DNA of 64,000 nucleotides from Diplonema japonicum (GCA_964019335.1 OZ025652.1:434001-498000), one strand, 5' to 3'. Shown: positions 44,279-56,137, counted from the stretch's first letter. Notes: generated from the letters alone by a model not told the origin. Numbers and translations are program-made.

Positions 44279-45505
44279 TCATGATGTAAGAGCTTTAGAG
44301 TGGATAGAAGAGGCTCGGATTCGGGAGGGGCGAGAAATGGCTGTCTGGGGGCGACGCCCTATAGGCCGTCCACGCCCAATAGGCGAAGGTGTCACAGGGG
44401 AAGTGGGAGACAAGGACGACTCCGAGCAATGCCCCATACTGCAAAGATGCGGGGATCGCACTGCAAACGCCGTAAAGCCAACAGTCGCAGGTGCCACTGC
44501 AGGGGGAGCAACTTTTCGTACATCCGACCTGTAGACAACCAGCTCAGGGGTGCCTGGACCTTTAACTTTGTACCACCCACTTCGATCTACCCCCAACACC
44601 TCTCCCCTCCTCCAGTTCTTGCCGACTCTGTACTCTACCTCACCTTCGTCTTCTTCGAATTCTTGACTGCCTTCTGTTTGCAGCAGTTGCGCCTGATCAG
44701 AGACGGCCTCCATCTCCTCTTTCGGAGGGTTGTCCTCCTTGACCTCTTTCTTCGACTCCGCAAACAGCTCCCGATCCTTCTCCGCTCTACAGTGATGCCG
44801 CCATACGAGCCACCCGAGTAGCAGCAAAAAGAATACTATCAGCAACGATATCACGATGTACATGTTATCATTTCCATCTGACTCGGGCGGCATCGCGACT
44901 GTTTGTGTCACGGAATCGACCGGAGGGGGGCATGGTGGGACAGTGGCGCAGGTCCAGTTTATCATAAAAGCTGTGCCTAGGAATGAGGGTTGCCTAGTAG
45001 TGTCGAGTATCAACACAGCACCCTTGCCAGCTGTAACAGGCGGTATTGGTGCGAAGCTGCTGCTGCCACACCCTGTGTTGAGTAGTGTGTTGGTGACAAC
45101 CCCTGACTGGTTCCAGGAACGAGTCTCGAAAATATTGCATGACCCAGTTGTGCATAAAACCCCTGATGACCCCACCTGAGCCGCAGGATCGCAGCCGGTT
45201 TGGAACCCTGTGAAGATCAAATCAACTTTCCCACTGCACACAATCCTGTAACACGCTTTTTGTGAGATGTCTGCTCTTACAACTAAACTACTGGCTCCAC
45301 CATCGCCTTGGCAGTTCTCACCCACCTCTTCTACTCCGCCTGGACAGTCACCCCCTAAGGTTCCTACCTTACACACCCCATTCGCAAGCGTCCACCCGTC
45401 TGCGCACTTCTGACATGTACCTTGGTCAGTCAATGAACACCCTGGGATCTGGCCCTCAACTACGCTGAACAGCAGCAGCACGCAAAGTGTGCTCCAATGA
45501 TGCAT
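44279..45505 (-). CDS. Type I membrane protein: signal peptide, Cys-rich/CUB-like ectodomain, one TM helix, cytoplasmic tail
   Basis: Signal MHHWSTLCVLLLFSVVEG; CQKCADGWTLANGVC; TM YIVISLLIVFFLLLLGWLVW. Confidence 0.8.
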   Translation of the reverse strand: MHHWSTLCVLLLFSVVEGQIPGCSLTDQGTCQKCADGWTLANGVCKVGTLGGDCPGGVEEVGENCQGDGGASSLVVRADISQKACYRIVCSGKVDLIFTGFQTGCDPAAQVGSSGVLCTTGSCNIFETRSWNQSGVVTNTLLNTGCGSSSFAPIPPVTAGKGAVLILDTTRQPSFLGTAFMINWTCATVPPCPPPVDSVTQTVAMPPESDGNDNMYIVISLLIVFFLLLLGWLVWRHHCRAEKDRELFAESKKEVKEDNPPKEEMEAVSDQAQLLQTEGSQEFEEDEGEVEYRVGKNWRRGEVLGVDRSGWYKVKGPGTPELVVYRSDVRKVAPPAVAPATVGFTAFAVRSPHLCSMGHCSESSLSPTSPVTPSPIGRGRPIGRRPQTAISRPSRIRASSIHSKALTS

Positions 45506-45638
45506 TTCGGCATTTTAATATCAGAAGGTGCTGTCCCTGTTTGAAATTGAATCTAAACTCTCCCCGATCTTTGTATTCAGAGTCAAAGTCCGTAAAGAAG
45601 CCAATAGAGGAGATATTTGGTCAATTGAAAAACTGACT

Positions 45639-47267
45639 TTATCTTTGAAAAGGCCGCGTGTAGATCGCGAAAGTTGTGGCCTCGGCTGTGTAGGGGACAG
45701 GCGTCGGAGACGTCGAGGGGCGAAGGGACATGTGATTCCCCGAGCTTATTTCCTTGAACAATTTTTTGAAGGGAGATTGGTTCAATTCCTGCTGAGGCTC
45801 ATTTTTCACGGGTTTGTCCTCATTCAGGTGTTCAATGCGTGGGACAGGTACGGGCAGGTTCACATCGATTTCCGTCTTGCGCATCCTTTTTATGTCCTCT
45901 TCAACGCGTCGTTTCTCCAGTTCTGTCTCCTGGTTTCTCCTCTCTTTGAGCACTCTCTCTTGTCTGTGCCTCTCGTCCATGGCTGCTTTGTACTTAATGT
46001 CCATCTCTATCTTGATCCGCTGCATCATTGAGTCGTTTTCATTTTTCTTCTCCAACCTGATCTTGTTCTCTTTCATTGTTTCCTCTTTGAGCCGTTTCTT
46101 TTCTCGTCTGTGTCCTGCTTCTTCTTCTCGATCCTGAGCTAGCCGGCGTAGGTACTGCTCTTTGAGAACGGAACGGGTCACCAGCTCACGGTTTCGTTCC
46201 TCCTTTAGCTCGTTTAACTTCAATCGCTTCGACCAAACTTTTTCAGCCTTTTCAGAGCTTTGCCTTAGTTTGTCCGCTGCTAGTTCTTGTGTTTCAGTTC
46301 TATTTTGTGATATTCTTAGATCGTCATCTTCATGGGTGCGTGCAAGTGTTGCCTTCGATTCCTCCAGTTGCATCGCCTGCTGCTCGATCATATTCGATAC
46401 AGCGACAGACTTCCGCAACCTGTTCATATGCATCACCTCTCTTCGTTTCACCTGGTTCAAAACAACGTTCTGCTTCCTTTCAGTGTGCAGTTCAAGCCTT
46501 TCGCTGATTTCGTCTTTCACACATCTTATTTTTTCCTCGTGCATAGCATGTGCCTGTGCTGCTTTCTTCTTCACCATTTCCGTACTCTCTAATATGGCAG
46601 CACTTTTGTTCTCTCGTTCAATTGTTTGTTGCTTTATGTAGTTCATCTCACTTTCTTTTCTAGATTGCTCCTTGAGTTCTAGTTTGACTTTTCCTTGGAG
46701 ATACATCATCTCGGTCTGCCTCCGCACACGGAAGAGCCTTTCCAGTCTTTTTTTCTGCTTTTCGCGGGAGGCCTTTTGGTACGCAATTTTCTTCTTTGCT
46801 TCCACTTGCTCGCGTATCTTCTCTCTTCTTTTTATGTTTTCTTGCAGTTGACGACGTGCTACTTCGGCTTTGCGTAGACCCATAACCTGTCGCATGCTTT
46901 TCTCACGAAACTTCTCGATCTCTTTTTCTCTCTGAAGTAATTCGTCTTCCGTTTCCTGCGGCAAAGCCGCTTTGACATCAGCAGAAACACCTAAAACCCT
47001 GGCCAATTTGACACGCGTGCGAGTTTTGTGGTACAATTGCAGCAGGAGCTTCTCTCGTTCCCTCTCAATTAAACACTTTTTAGTCTTGCGTCTATTTTCT
47101 GCTGCCTCCATTTGAAGTCCCTCCAAATCGGTTGACTTCAGCAGCTCCTCCACCTCTATCCCTTGGCGCTTGCATGCTAACACCGTAGCTCCATCCAGCT
47201 CGTCTTCAGGGGCTTGTACCTTGAATAAATCCCTGAACAACTCATCCTCCCCTTCGCTGAACTCCAT
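45639..47267 (-). CDS. Long coiled-coil protein (E/K/R-rich, possibly flagellar)
   Basis: ~542-aa charged helical ORF. Confidence 0.78.
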   Translation of the reverse strand: MEFSEGEDELFRDLFKVQAPEDELDGATVLACKRQGIEVEELLKSTDLEGLQMEAAENRRKTKKCLIEREREKLLLQLYHKTRTRVKLARVLGVSADVKAALPQETEDELLQREKEIEKFREKSMRQVMGLRKAEVARRQLQENIKRREKIREQVEAKKKIAYQKASREKQKKRLERLFRVRRQTEMMYLQGKVKLELKEQSRKESEMNYIKQQTIERENKSAAILESTEMVKKKAAQAHAMHEEKIRCVKDEISERLELHTERKQNVVLNQVKRREVMHMNRLRKSVAVSNMIEQQAMQLEESKATLARTHEDDDLRISQNRTETQELAADKLRQSSEKAEKVWSKRLKLNELKEERNRELVTRSVLKEQYLRRLAQDREEEAGHRREKKRLKEETMKENKIRLEKKNENDSMMQRIKIEMDIKYKAAMDERHRQERVLKERRNQETELEKRRVEEDIKRMRKTEIDVNLPVPVPRIEHLNEDKPVKNEPQQELNQSPFKKLFKEISSGNHMSLRPSTSPTPVPYTAEATTFAIYTRPFQR

Positions 47268-47525
47268 CACCTAGAAACGGTGCAATAGAATAGAAGCAAA
47301 GAAAAAAAGGAGAAACAAGAAAGAAACGTAACGCGTTGAAGAGAATTTCACTGAATATTGGTCTCTGCGAGCAAATGTAGCTTAGCTACTGGGAATAAAC
47401 ACGTCAATAGTCTATTATGACACAACGAGGTCAGGAGGAGCAAGTGATCATAGAATTTCTTTTTCTTTTAAACACTAGGATTACTACGTCATTATTTTCT
47501 CCGAAATTAACTTACTTGTGAAGAT

Positions 47526-48693
47526 CTATTCTTTCTTCTCTTGATCTTCGTAGTCGAGCTTCACTACGTCCTGCACGCCCTCCCAAAACTGGATGCAGTT
47601 TACAACTGTTGTTTTTGAAATGAATGTGCAAACATACATTGTTTGGCAGCCATGAAAGGGACAGAGATCCACAAGGCTGCGTTGAGCAGCGCATAGTTCC
47701 AGAAGTAGCATGCATAGAGGAGAAGGTAGAACCCTTCCTGTCCCATGCACAAGACTTGAAGGCAGAGCCTTGAAGAGTAGTAAACAGTGAGAATTTTGCT
47801 GCGGGTCTTGGAAGTGTCCTTGTGGCTTGCGAACACACCACCCACGCTGTACATTCTGGTGTAGTGCGACACAAAGTCAAGTCCAATAAGAAGTGCAGCA
47901 GCCGTCGGCACCATCCACCTCATACCTTTCGTGTCGTTGTCCACATACAAATGCGACAACAGCGCTACGAAACCCGCGGTCGCTGCCCTGTCAGTGATCA
48001 TGTCAAAAATCGCACCGAACCTGCTGCACTGATTGAAATATCTTGCCGCCATCCCGTCCGCGCCATCAAGAACAAACCCCAACGTGTAGCAACCCAGGAA
48101 TATCACAGGGTCATCGAAGAAGTAGATGTAACTCACGACTGTTAAAACTACCCTGAAGTAGCCTGTGAAAGAAAATTAAATAAAAAAGCACCCACCGTGG
48201 GGATCGAACCCACGACCATTGGATTAAAAGTCCAACGCTCTACCGCTGAGCTAGGTGGGCTTACAAACGATTTTGCGAATGATGTCAATTACTACAAGGG
48301 GTACATAATATCTGCTTACACAGGTTGTAAAAACACACCCTCTTGTCATTTGTACAAATATTTATTATTTTCCCTCTTGAGGTCAGGATGGAGACAAACA
48401 GCAAACTGGGCCCGTCGGTCCGAGTCACGTAGGTCTACGCGGCTTGGAATTAAAGTAATTCAGTCCTCCTCGGCTGATCCAAACAGGTGCACGGTCATGC
48501 TTCCCTTCACCTTTCCCCTTCCCAGGTGTTGCTCCCCATGGCGGCACCTTTTGGTAAAAAAAAAAAGGGGGGGAAGGCAAAACATTGTATGCCACCCAAG
48601 TTTATCATTTTAAAAGGTGTTGTCTTCACATTTTTTCTTTTTCGTCATACCAATGATATTCGGCACAAACAGAAAAACGTTGCGCTTCGCCAT
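47526..48693 (-). CDS. PIS: Phosphatidylinositol synthase (CDP-alcohol phosphotransferase), 3 exons; hosts tRNA-Lys in intron 1
   Basis: Spliced start MAKRNVFLFVPNIIG|YFRV and motif LDGADGMAARYFNQCSRFGAIFDMITDR. Exons 48651-48693, 47638-48162 and 47526-47605 are in frame. Confidence 0.92.
48189..48260 (-). tRNA. tRNA-Lys(TTT)
   Basis: GCCCACC-TA-GCTC AGCGGTA GAGC-G-TTGGA CTTTTAA TCCAA-TGGTC-GTGGG TTCGATC CCCAC-GGTGGGT-G, followed by CTTTTTT. Confidence 0.95.
48379..48552 (+). ncRNA. Candidate ~175-nt structured ncRNA divergent from tRNA-Lys (identity unknown)
   Basis: Helices 48381-48395/48463-48479, 48419-48448 and 48524-48549 contain plus-strand G.U pairs, and the region ends in T4. Confidence 0.5.
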
Positions 48694-49412
48694 TTTCTCT
48701 TCCTGTGAGATTCAAATGATGCAACGAGGAAAAAAAAAAGAAAAGAAGCTTTTTTCTTCTTCTTTTTTTGAACAGCCCGAAAGGGAAAGTTTTGGTGAAC
48801 ATATGAAGAGTGCTGGAAGAAAGAAAGAGAGACAGGACAGGGAGGTGCCGCCCTCCCTCCGAACAGAAGAAAAAAGAGGGGGGGGGGGTGAGTGCATGAC
48901 ACAACAGGATGGGTAACCGCAATACCTAACACACGTGCGTTCGGATGTTGTTGTGTGTGTGTGTGTGTGTGTGTTTTTTTTTTAAAGAACGAGACCGTTC
49001 TTTTTTTTTGTATATCTCCATCTAAGAAGTAAGATGCTATTTTTTTCTTTTATTTTTTACTTTCGAGGGTGTCGGGAAAAAGAAGAAGAAAAAAAAAAAA
49101 CACCCCTTTTCGGTGAAATATAGCTGCGCCAGTTTATTTATTTTCCTACCTCCTCTTTTTTTGTTTTTGCTTCTTGTTCCCCGCAACATTTTTTTTTTTT
49201 TACCATCCTCCTTTTTTTTTTTATTCTACCCTCAGAAGGGAAAAAAAAAAAGGAAGAAAGTTATCCGAGTGAATACAACAACAACAAAAAAAAACAAAAA
49301 GAGGAGGTTCCGAAATTACAAACACTACTGGGCAGAAACAAGAAGGAAAAAAAAAAAAAAAAAGAAAACGTGGAAAGAGAAACACACACAATAAATAAAT
49401 AAATAAAAAAAA

Positions 49413-50926
49413 TTAAATCACACGCTTTTCCCAGTACAGGAACAAAAAGGTCGCCAAACCAACAGAGGCAATGGAAATGAGCGCCAAAATATAGTACTGA
49501 TCATAAGAGTGGGCGAAGATGAGCGCCACGATGTACACACACATCTGCATTTTTTTTTTTTTTTTTTAAACTCTTCCAAGAATAACAAACATACCATCTC
49601 TAGCTGACACAAAGCTCCGTGCACACCGTTGACAACACCACGTGACTCTTCCTCAACCCGTTCTTGCATGATCTGCTGAATGGCGAGGTCGAACGACCAC
49701 AGTGGTGCTCTTGAAATGACAACACCGCCGACCATAATATACGCGGAAGTGAGAACCGAACAGGTGCCCACAGAAACACCCACCACACCAATTATGACAA
49801 GGAACGCAGATATGCTGTACGTCCCAGCGCGTTCCAAGCTGGGGGACTTGGCAAGGATGTAAGGAAAAGCGAAAGTACCGACGATCCCGAATAGAGCCCC
49901 GACCCCACGCGACGCAACGTTCACAAAATCATTGACATTCGCCCACACAAGGTACGCGGTCATGAGGGAACCGTTGTCGAGGACTGTGAACCAAAGCTGG
50001 CAGTACGCAACCGACGCCCACCGCACAGGGTGGTTCCAGTACTCCTTCGCTCCGCAGTAAATAACGGTGAAAGGGTTAATCGAACCTGCAACCTCTTCTT
50101 TCTTCTGTTTCTTCTCCTCAAGCTTCGGATACGAATCATATATGGCCTGCACAGCACGCAGTTCTAACGGAACCGACAGTACATTCCAGGCAGCAACGAC
50201 CCCAACACCGTACTTAAACTGCACGTGGTTTTCTTCACCGCCAAGCTGCTTGCATAGAATGGTGTCAAGAAGCACAAAAATGAACGGTCCACCAAGCTTG
50301 CATATTAAATCAATTCTCCGCATCCATGAGTTCAGGTGTGCTTGGTACATGGTGTCGCCTTCTGCGATGACCACAACCCAGTCTTTTTCCATGGCAATGG
50401 TGCCACCGCGTGCCATGACCTCCGCGAGAACTGCTGTGGTGAGCAGGCCAGCGTATGAAAGGCAGGTTTGCCAGTTGAATTCAATATCTTGGTTTTTACC
50501 GTCGATGTCGTGCGCGCCGACTTCGAGAAGGAGCCAGAAGAACAGAACCGAACTGAGGACCGCCCATGCTTCGAGAACGATTGTTGTTCTTATGACTTTA
50601 ATCCGGTCGTTTCGGTCCATCCATTGCCCCAGGTAGAACATACCGCCGAATGTAGACGCGTAAAGAAGAAGGCAGAAGACTGCGATGGGTTCCATGCTCT
50701 CTTTCCACAGTTTTGAGAAGAGGTAAGGGATGGCGAACTGCCACATCCTGTCGCCGAACGTTCCCAGAAAGTGTGCGAAGAAAAGACCCGCCACAGGGCC
50801 TTTTTTTGAAACCGACGTTCTCTTCCCTGCTCCTTCTCCCTCGTCGTCGTTTTCTATTTCCATCACCTGCTCTTCTATGCGGTTAGCATTTTCTTCGTCA
50901 TCTGCAATTTGTTCATACCCTGACAT
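49413..50926 (-). CDS. Ferroportin (SLC40/FPN1/IREG) family metal exporter
   Basis: HFLGTFGDRMWQFA, MEKDWVVVI, NSWMRRIDLICK and LWSFDLAIQQIMQERV; one poly(A)-rich 3' intron (~49546-49594). Confidence 0.9.
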
Positions 50927-52187
50927 TTGCACCCCCCTCCCCTTCCCCCTGTTGTTATTTTTTTTTTTCTTCTAAAGATACTGGGGTGGGGAACAAACAT
51001 CTGACGCAACGCCGGTAAGGCGTGTGATGAAAAAGAAAAAAAAAAAAGAAAAAAAAAAAATTGGGTGTTACATTGCCCCTCTAGACACGAGGGGGTGATC
51101 CAAAAGGGGAAAAAAAAAAAAAAAAAAGAAAAAAGAAAAAAAAAAAAAAAAAAAAACAGGGGAGGAAAAAAAGAAAAAAAAGGAAAGGAGCAACAAAACT
51201 TATTTTTTTTTTCTTCCACATCAAAAAATAAAGACAGGAATTCAGGGGCAGGGGAGGGCAGAGAAAGTGAAGAAGAAGAAGAAGAAAAGGGAGGGGAAAG
51301 TGAAAAGGAGGTAGAACTGTTGCTTTTATACCGCCATAATTTTTTCCCCTCCCCTCTTCCCCACCCTGGATTAGAGGGTGTGTCTTTTCTATTTCTTCTC
51401 TCTCGGGGGAAATATGGGCACAATCGCTCTACCGATGACCCTGGGACAGGAAATAAAGTGAAATAAATGGAACTAACCACTAAAATGTAAAACAGGGATT
51501 AAAGTGGGAATAAAGAAAAATAAAGCGTGGAGTCAAGAAAAAAAAAAAAGAAAAACTAAACAGAGACGCATTTTTCTTTGACGAGAAAGGCGTATTCTTG
51601 CAGGGAAAAAAAAAAAAAAAAGAAAGAAAAAAAAGAAGAAGAAGAAGGGAAAGGGAAGGGAGCAGAAATAAGGAAAAAGTAGAAAGGGCATGATTTTTTA
51701 ATTAAAATTTCTAAACTTTTATTTTTTTTTTTCTTCCTTTCTTTTCCTTCTTCAAGACACAAGACAAGAGTTGCATGGAAAAGAAAAAAAAAAAAGAAAA
51801 AGAAAAAAAAAGGGAGGGAGTTTGTTAAAAGGGGAAAGAAAAGAGAGAGAAAAAAAAAAGAAGATATGTGGGTGTTTAATTCTTGGCTCTATGGGTCTGC
51901 TATCATTTAGTTTTCTATTCCACCCTCCTGCTTCTTTCGTATTTTTCCAGCCAGAATCACACCAGGGGAGGGGGGGAAAAAAAGGAAGAGAATTGCAAGA
52001 CAACAGAAGTCAAAGGGGGAAAGATAAAACTAGGTAGAACAAAAAAAAGAAGAAGGGAGTCAAACATGCGTCAGTTTTGCCCTTCCTGTGAGCTTTTTTT
52101 TTTTTTAAATATTTTTTTTCTCCTCCTTGTTTTTCTTCCTTTGCACCCCTTTTCCCCTGTTCTCTTATTCTCATCTCTTTCCAACTC

Positions 52188-52220
<33 letters not shown>

Positions 52221-52363
52221 GAAACCCTTAAATGCCGTTTTCTTTTCGTTGCTTTTTTTTTTCTTCTTTGATCCCCTTTTCCCCTGGTTTTTTTCTCACC
52301 TGACTCCATCTACGACAATGCAGGGATAGAGGAAACAAGCGGAGATTTTCACCTTTTTTTTTA

Positions 52364-52400
<37 letters not shown>

Positions 52401-52789
52401 CTCGAAATCTGTATAAAGCTTTAAAAGAGAAAAAAAAAAAGAAAAAAAAAAAAAAAAAAAAAAAAAAACGGACAATTAAGGTTACTTGTCCTGCGGTTTC
52501 ACCCATCAGCTGTGCCCCATCAGACCCTCCCTGAGGCACTGACCCCACCGCTAGGGAGACATGTGCCGTAACACCAAGGTCTGCCGTCCCTGCCTCAGAC
52601 CAGCTGCCGCATGGCTGTACCACCTCTGCACCGTGAGGGCCTCTTGCGCCAGGGACACCCGTGCAGCCTGGTCGTTCTCGGCAACAGGTCCGGGTTAGGT
52701 AGCGTAAAAACAACAAAAAAAGGAGGGAGAAAAAAAAAAATGGAGGCACTGGTATGGCTCAAATCACTAGCATACAGGAAGTACAAAGG

Positions 52790-52824
<35 letters not shown>

Positions 52825-53705
52825 AGGGGAGGGGAGAACGAGGAAGGTTTTTTTTTTTCTTCTTTTTATTTTTTTTGAATGAAAATGCAGTTTCTGCAAA
52901 TTTGCGGTTCGCCTTCTAATCGCAAGGAATAGAGATGGAGGGGGGGAGGGAACTGGAGGGGGAGGGTTTGAAAAAAAAAAGAGGGTGGGGGTGGGAAAAA
53001 GTACCCTCTCTATCTCATGCAATATCCCCCATTACTTGCACCCTCCGTTGTTTTGGGTCCGGCACCTCTAGATTTTTTTTCTCTAAAAAAGGCTGCATTA
53101 CAAGTAGTAAGGGGAGGGTGTAAAGAAAGAGGCTTGAAGGGGAAAAAAAGAGAAAAAAAAATACAAAATATTAATCCCTTGTTTACGGAAATTGGAAAGA
53201 AGGGGGAGGGAAAAAAAAAGAAAAAAAAAAAAAAAAAAATAGGAGCACAACTTTGGAAGGGCAGGAAGGTGAGGAGGGGCATTTGGGCCAAGACGAGAGG
53301 GGGAAAAAGTAGGGATGCAACCCAAGGTGAAAAAAGGGGGGGGGGAAGTAGAACAACACCCGCCGTTCTGTATCTTTTCCGCCCTTTTTGCGTACCCCAG
53401 GTCTTTACAATTTCCTAAATAACCCAAGGAAAAAAAATAATTATCCAGCCCCACCTGTGTTTCATGGGTGGGAGGAGATACACATTCCTGTTGCCAACCT
53501 TAAAAGAGTGTAGAAAAAAGAAAAGGGGGGGGGGGGGGGGGGAAACGAAACATTGTTGTTGCGATAGGGAAGGAGGGGAAAAAAAAAAGAAAAGAATAAA
53601 AAAAAAAAATTAGAAAGAACAAAAAAAAAGAAAGATAAATTAAACCCTTCACTTGCTTTTTTCTTCTTTTTTTTTTCTCCCCTCTTTTTTTTTCTTCCCC
53701 CAGGG

Positions 53706-53746
<41 letters not shown>

Positions 53747-53851
53747 TACCGTATAACTATGACCTCTTACAATGACAATGAAACATAGACCTTGATTCAG
53801 GTAAAATGGAAGATAAAAAAAAAAAGGAATTGAACCCTCTTTTAACTTACT

Positions 53852-55633
53852 CTAAAGGTCATCGTCATCGCTGGCGTTCGCAGCAGCGAGGTCAAGCATC
53901 TCAGCGTCCTGACCGAAGTTCTCGTACTTCTGGTTGTTCTTAATGCCTTCGATGTCGTTCTTGTTCTTGTGGAGAGCGTAGCCAAGGACGCCCACGCAGC
54001 AAGCCATGAGAAGCCAGAGGAGGAGGAAGACCCAAAGGGGAAGGCAGAGGGAACCGATCTTGAGGCCCTCGCAACATTCACCATCACCACCACCAGGCGC
54101 ACTGCGCACGTTCCTGACAAGATCCACCATGAACGACTCATCCCTCATGGACACATCTTCGTTGTGGCCATCGATGGTACGCCAGACCTCTTCCATCTCG
54201 CCACTGGGCGCCATGCGCATGCCCTTCGAGCACACCGTGAACTCCAGTTTGTCGTTGCCGTTGAGGTACGCCTTCGACAGCGTCACCCCCGTGATGCTGG
54301 CGCGTGCGTTGCTCCTCTTCACGTCGTCGTAGAACACCCCGTGGGGCCCCTTCACGTGCACACCTTTGCTGCAGTTCGTCGGGGGTGCCACATCACCGCT
54401 CACAAAGCTGCACCCGCTGGTCTCGAACTCCGACGACTGCATGTCACCGCACGTGTTCTTCACACCGTCTGCCTGGTTCTTCCAGGTCGGGATGAGCATG
54501 TACTCGTCATCCCTGTGTGTTGTGTTGTGTTGTGTTGTGTTGTGTTGTGAACTACATACTTCGACAACTCGCACCCGACGACAAGCACGTTGAATGGCTC
54601 ATTGGCGACGGGCCTGTTGGGGAAGGGGGTGTACACGCTGGGCCCGTTGGGAAGGCAGGTCTTCTTGTTCTCGCAGAAGGTGCTCTCATCAAGTCCGGTG
54701 CTTCCGCAGTTGCAAGGGAACACGTACGACTCACCCTGACGGGTGCAGCTGCCCCTACCGCAGCCAAGGGGCGCGGCCTTGCCGGGGATGCACTGCGAGC
54801 CAGGTCGGGTGTCTGTGAGGTGTGCGGCGGTGTTGTTGTACATGTGACATACTTGTGCAGTACCCGAACTTGGAGCCGTAGAAGCCCTTGGTGCACTTGG
54901 TGCAAGCACCGTCAACGTCCTTGGCCCACCCCAACTTGCAGACGCAGCAGTCACCCTGCTGGGAACCACCGATACCGCACTGCCTGGTGGCAGGGGCGCT
55001 CGTAGCGGGGGCAGAAGTGGTGGGCGTACCAGGGGCGCTAGTAGCAGGTGCAGAGGTGGTGGGCGAAGAGGTAGTGGGCGTACTAGGGGCGCTAGTCGAG
55101 GGTGCACCAGTGGCAGGGGAGGACGTCGCACCTTTAATGCAAGTTGCGGGCTGCTGCTGACCGGTGCCGCTAAGGGGCGACCTGCAAACACAGGTCCAGT
55201 CGTTGGGGGTGTTCGGGTCAGGGTCCACGCAGTCCTGCTTGTTGATTTCGCAGATGTTGGGCAAAGTGGCAGGGGCAGGGGCAGCAGGGCTCGGGGCGGG
55301 GGAACCCTTGGCAGTGCACGTCCCGTGCGGCATGGGGCCGGTGAGGCTGGGGATGCACCCGTTGTCGACGTTGAACTGTGTGGCGGCAAGGAAGCACCAG
55401 TCACCTGCTGCCTCGTTGTCAGGGTTGCAGCACCCCTCCACACAGGGCGAATCAAACCCAGGGCCAGAAGGCTTCGGGCCATTTCCCGATTGTGTCATTG
55501 TCCAGGGACAGGCACATTGGCACCCCTTCGTGGTGTACCTAATGTTCTTGCAGGTCGTAGCAGTGCTCGTGCACTCGTCCTCTGCCCTAACGGCCAGCAC
55601 AACGGCCAGCACACCGAATGCAACTCTCATCAT
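53852..55633 (-). CDS. Cys-rich surface protein (signal peptide, kringle-like and EGF-like modules, T/S/A/P mucin repeats, C-terminal TM), 3 exons
   Basis: Signal MMRVAFGVLAVVLAVRA; CCNPDNEAAGDWC; CVDPDPNTPNDWTCVC; TSAPATxAP repeats; TM LPLWVFLLLWLLMACCVGVLGYAL. Two short GT-AG introns, one with (CACAA)n. Confidence 0.82.
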
Positions 55634-55831
55634 TTTGTGAAAAGGGTTCTGATTGTGCTGAGGGAATGAGGTTACAATAAAAATAAGAGGATGGGGCGAA
55701 GAGAAAAGATGGACAGAGTGGTGAGAGACGAAGGGGAGGGGGAGCAAGAAAAGAAAAAAAAGAGGAAAAAGGAAAAAAGCACTTCTGGATGAAAGGGCGT
55801 CGGAGGAGTGAGGGCGAGGGAAGGCAAAAAG

Positions 55832-55863
<32 letters not shown>

Positions 55864-56104
55864 GGAGAACTCAAATCTCGAGTATCTTCTTTTCTAAAAA
55901 AAAACTCGTGGGTGAAGGGAGCAGCATTCTGTGTCCGCGGTGGCTCCACTTCACTCCTTCTTTTTCTCATTTTTTTTTTCTTCTTCTTATTCCACTTCTC
56001 GCTCAACATAGTATCTTGCCCCCTTTTTCTCTTTCCCAATCAAACTTTCTTTTGGTTGTCACTCATCTTTTTTTTTTTTTGTTTCTTCTTCCTTGTTTCT
56101 GTTC

Positions 56105-56137
<33 letters not shown>

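Larger units (their letters stand above)
48163..48650 (-). other. 488-nt GT-AG intron containing tRNA-Lys and an antisense structured RNA candidate
   Basis: Donor ATTG|GTATGA and acceptor TTTCACAG|GC; the junction rebuilds the conserved PN.IGY.R of PIS. Confidence 0.9.

Noticed and set aside
48381-48406. SRP (7SL) helix-8-like GGTCAGG-ATG-GAGA-CAA-ACAGCA
   Set aside because: The geometry is imperfect, and there is no room for the ~180 nt of upstream SRP sequence before the tRNA.
52495-52530. Hammerhead (CTGATG..GAAAC) or RNase P CR-I (GGGAGGGTCTGA) in the GC island
   Set aside because: It lacks the CUGAnGA adenine and stem II, and there is no downstream P4 partner or CR-V.
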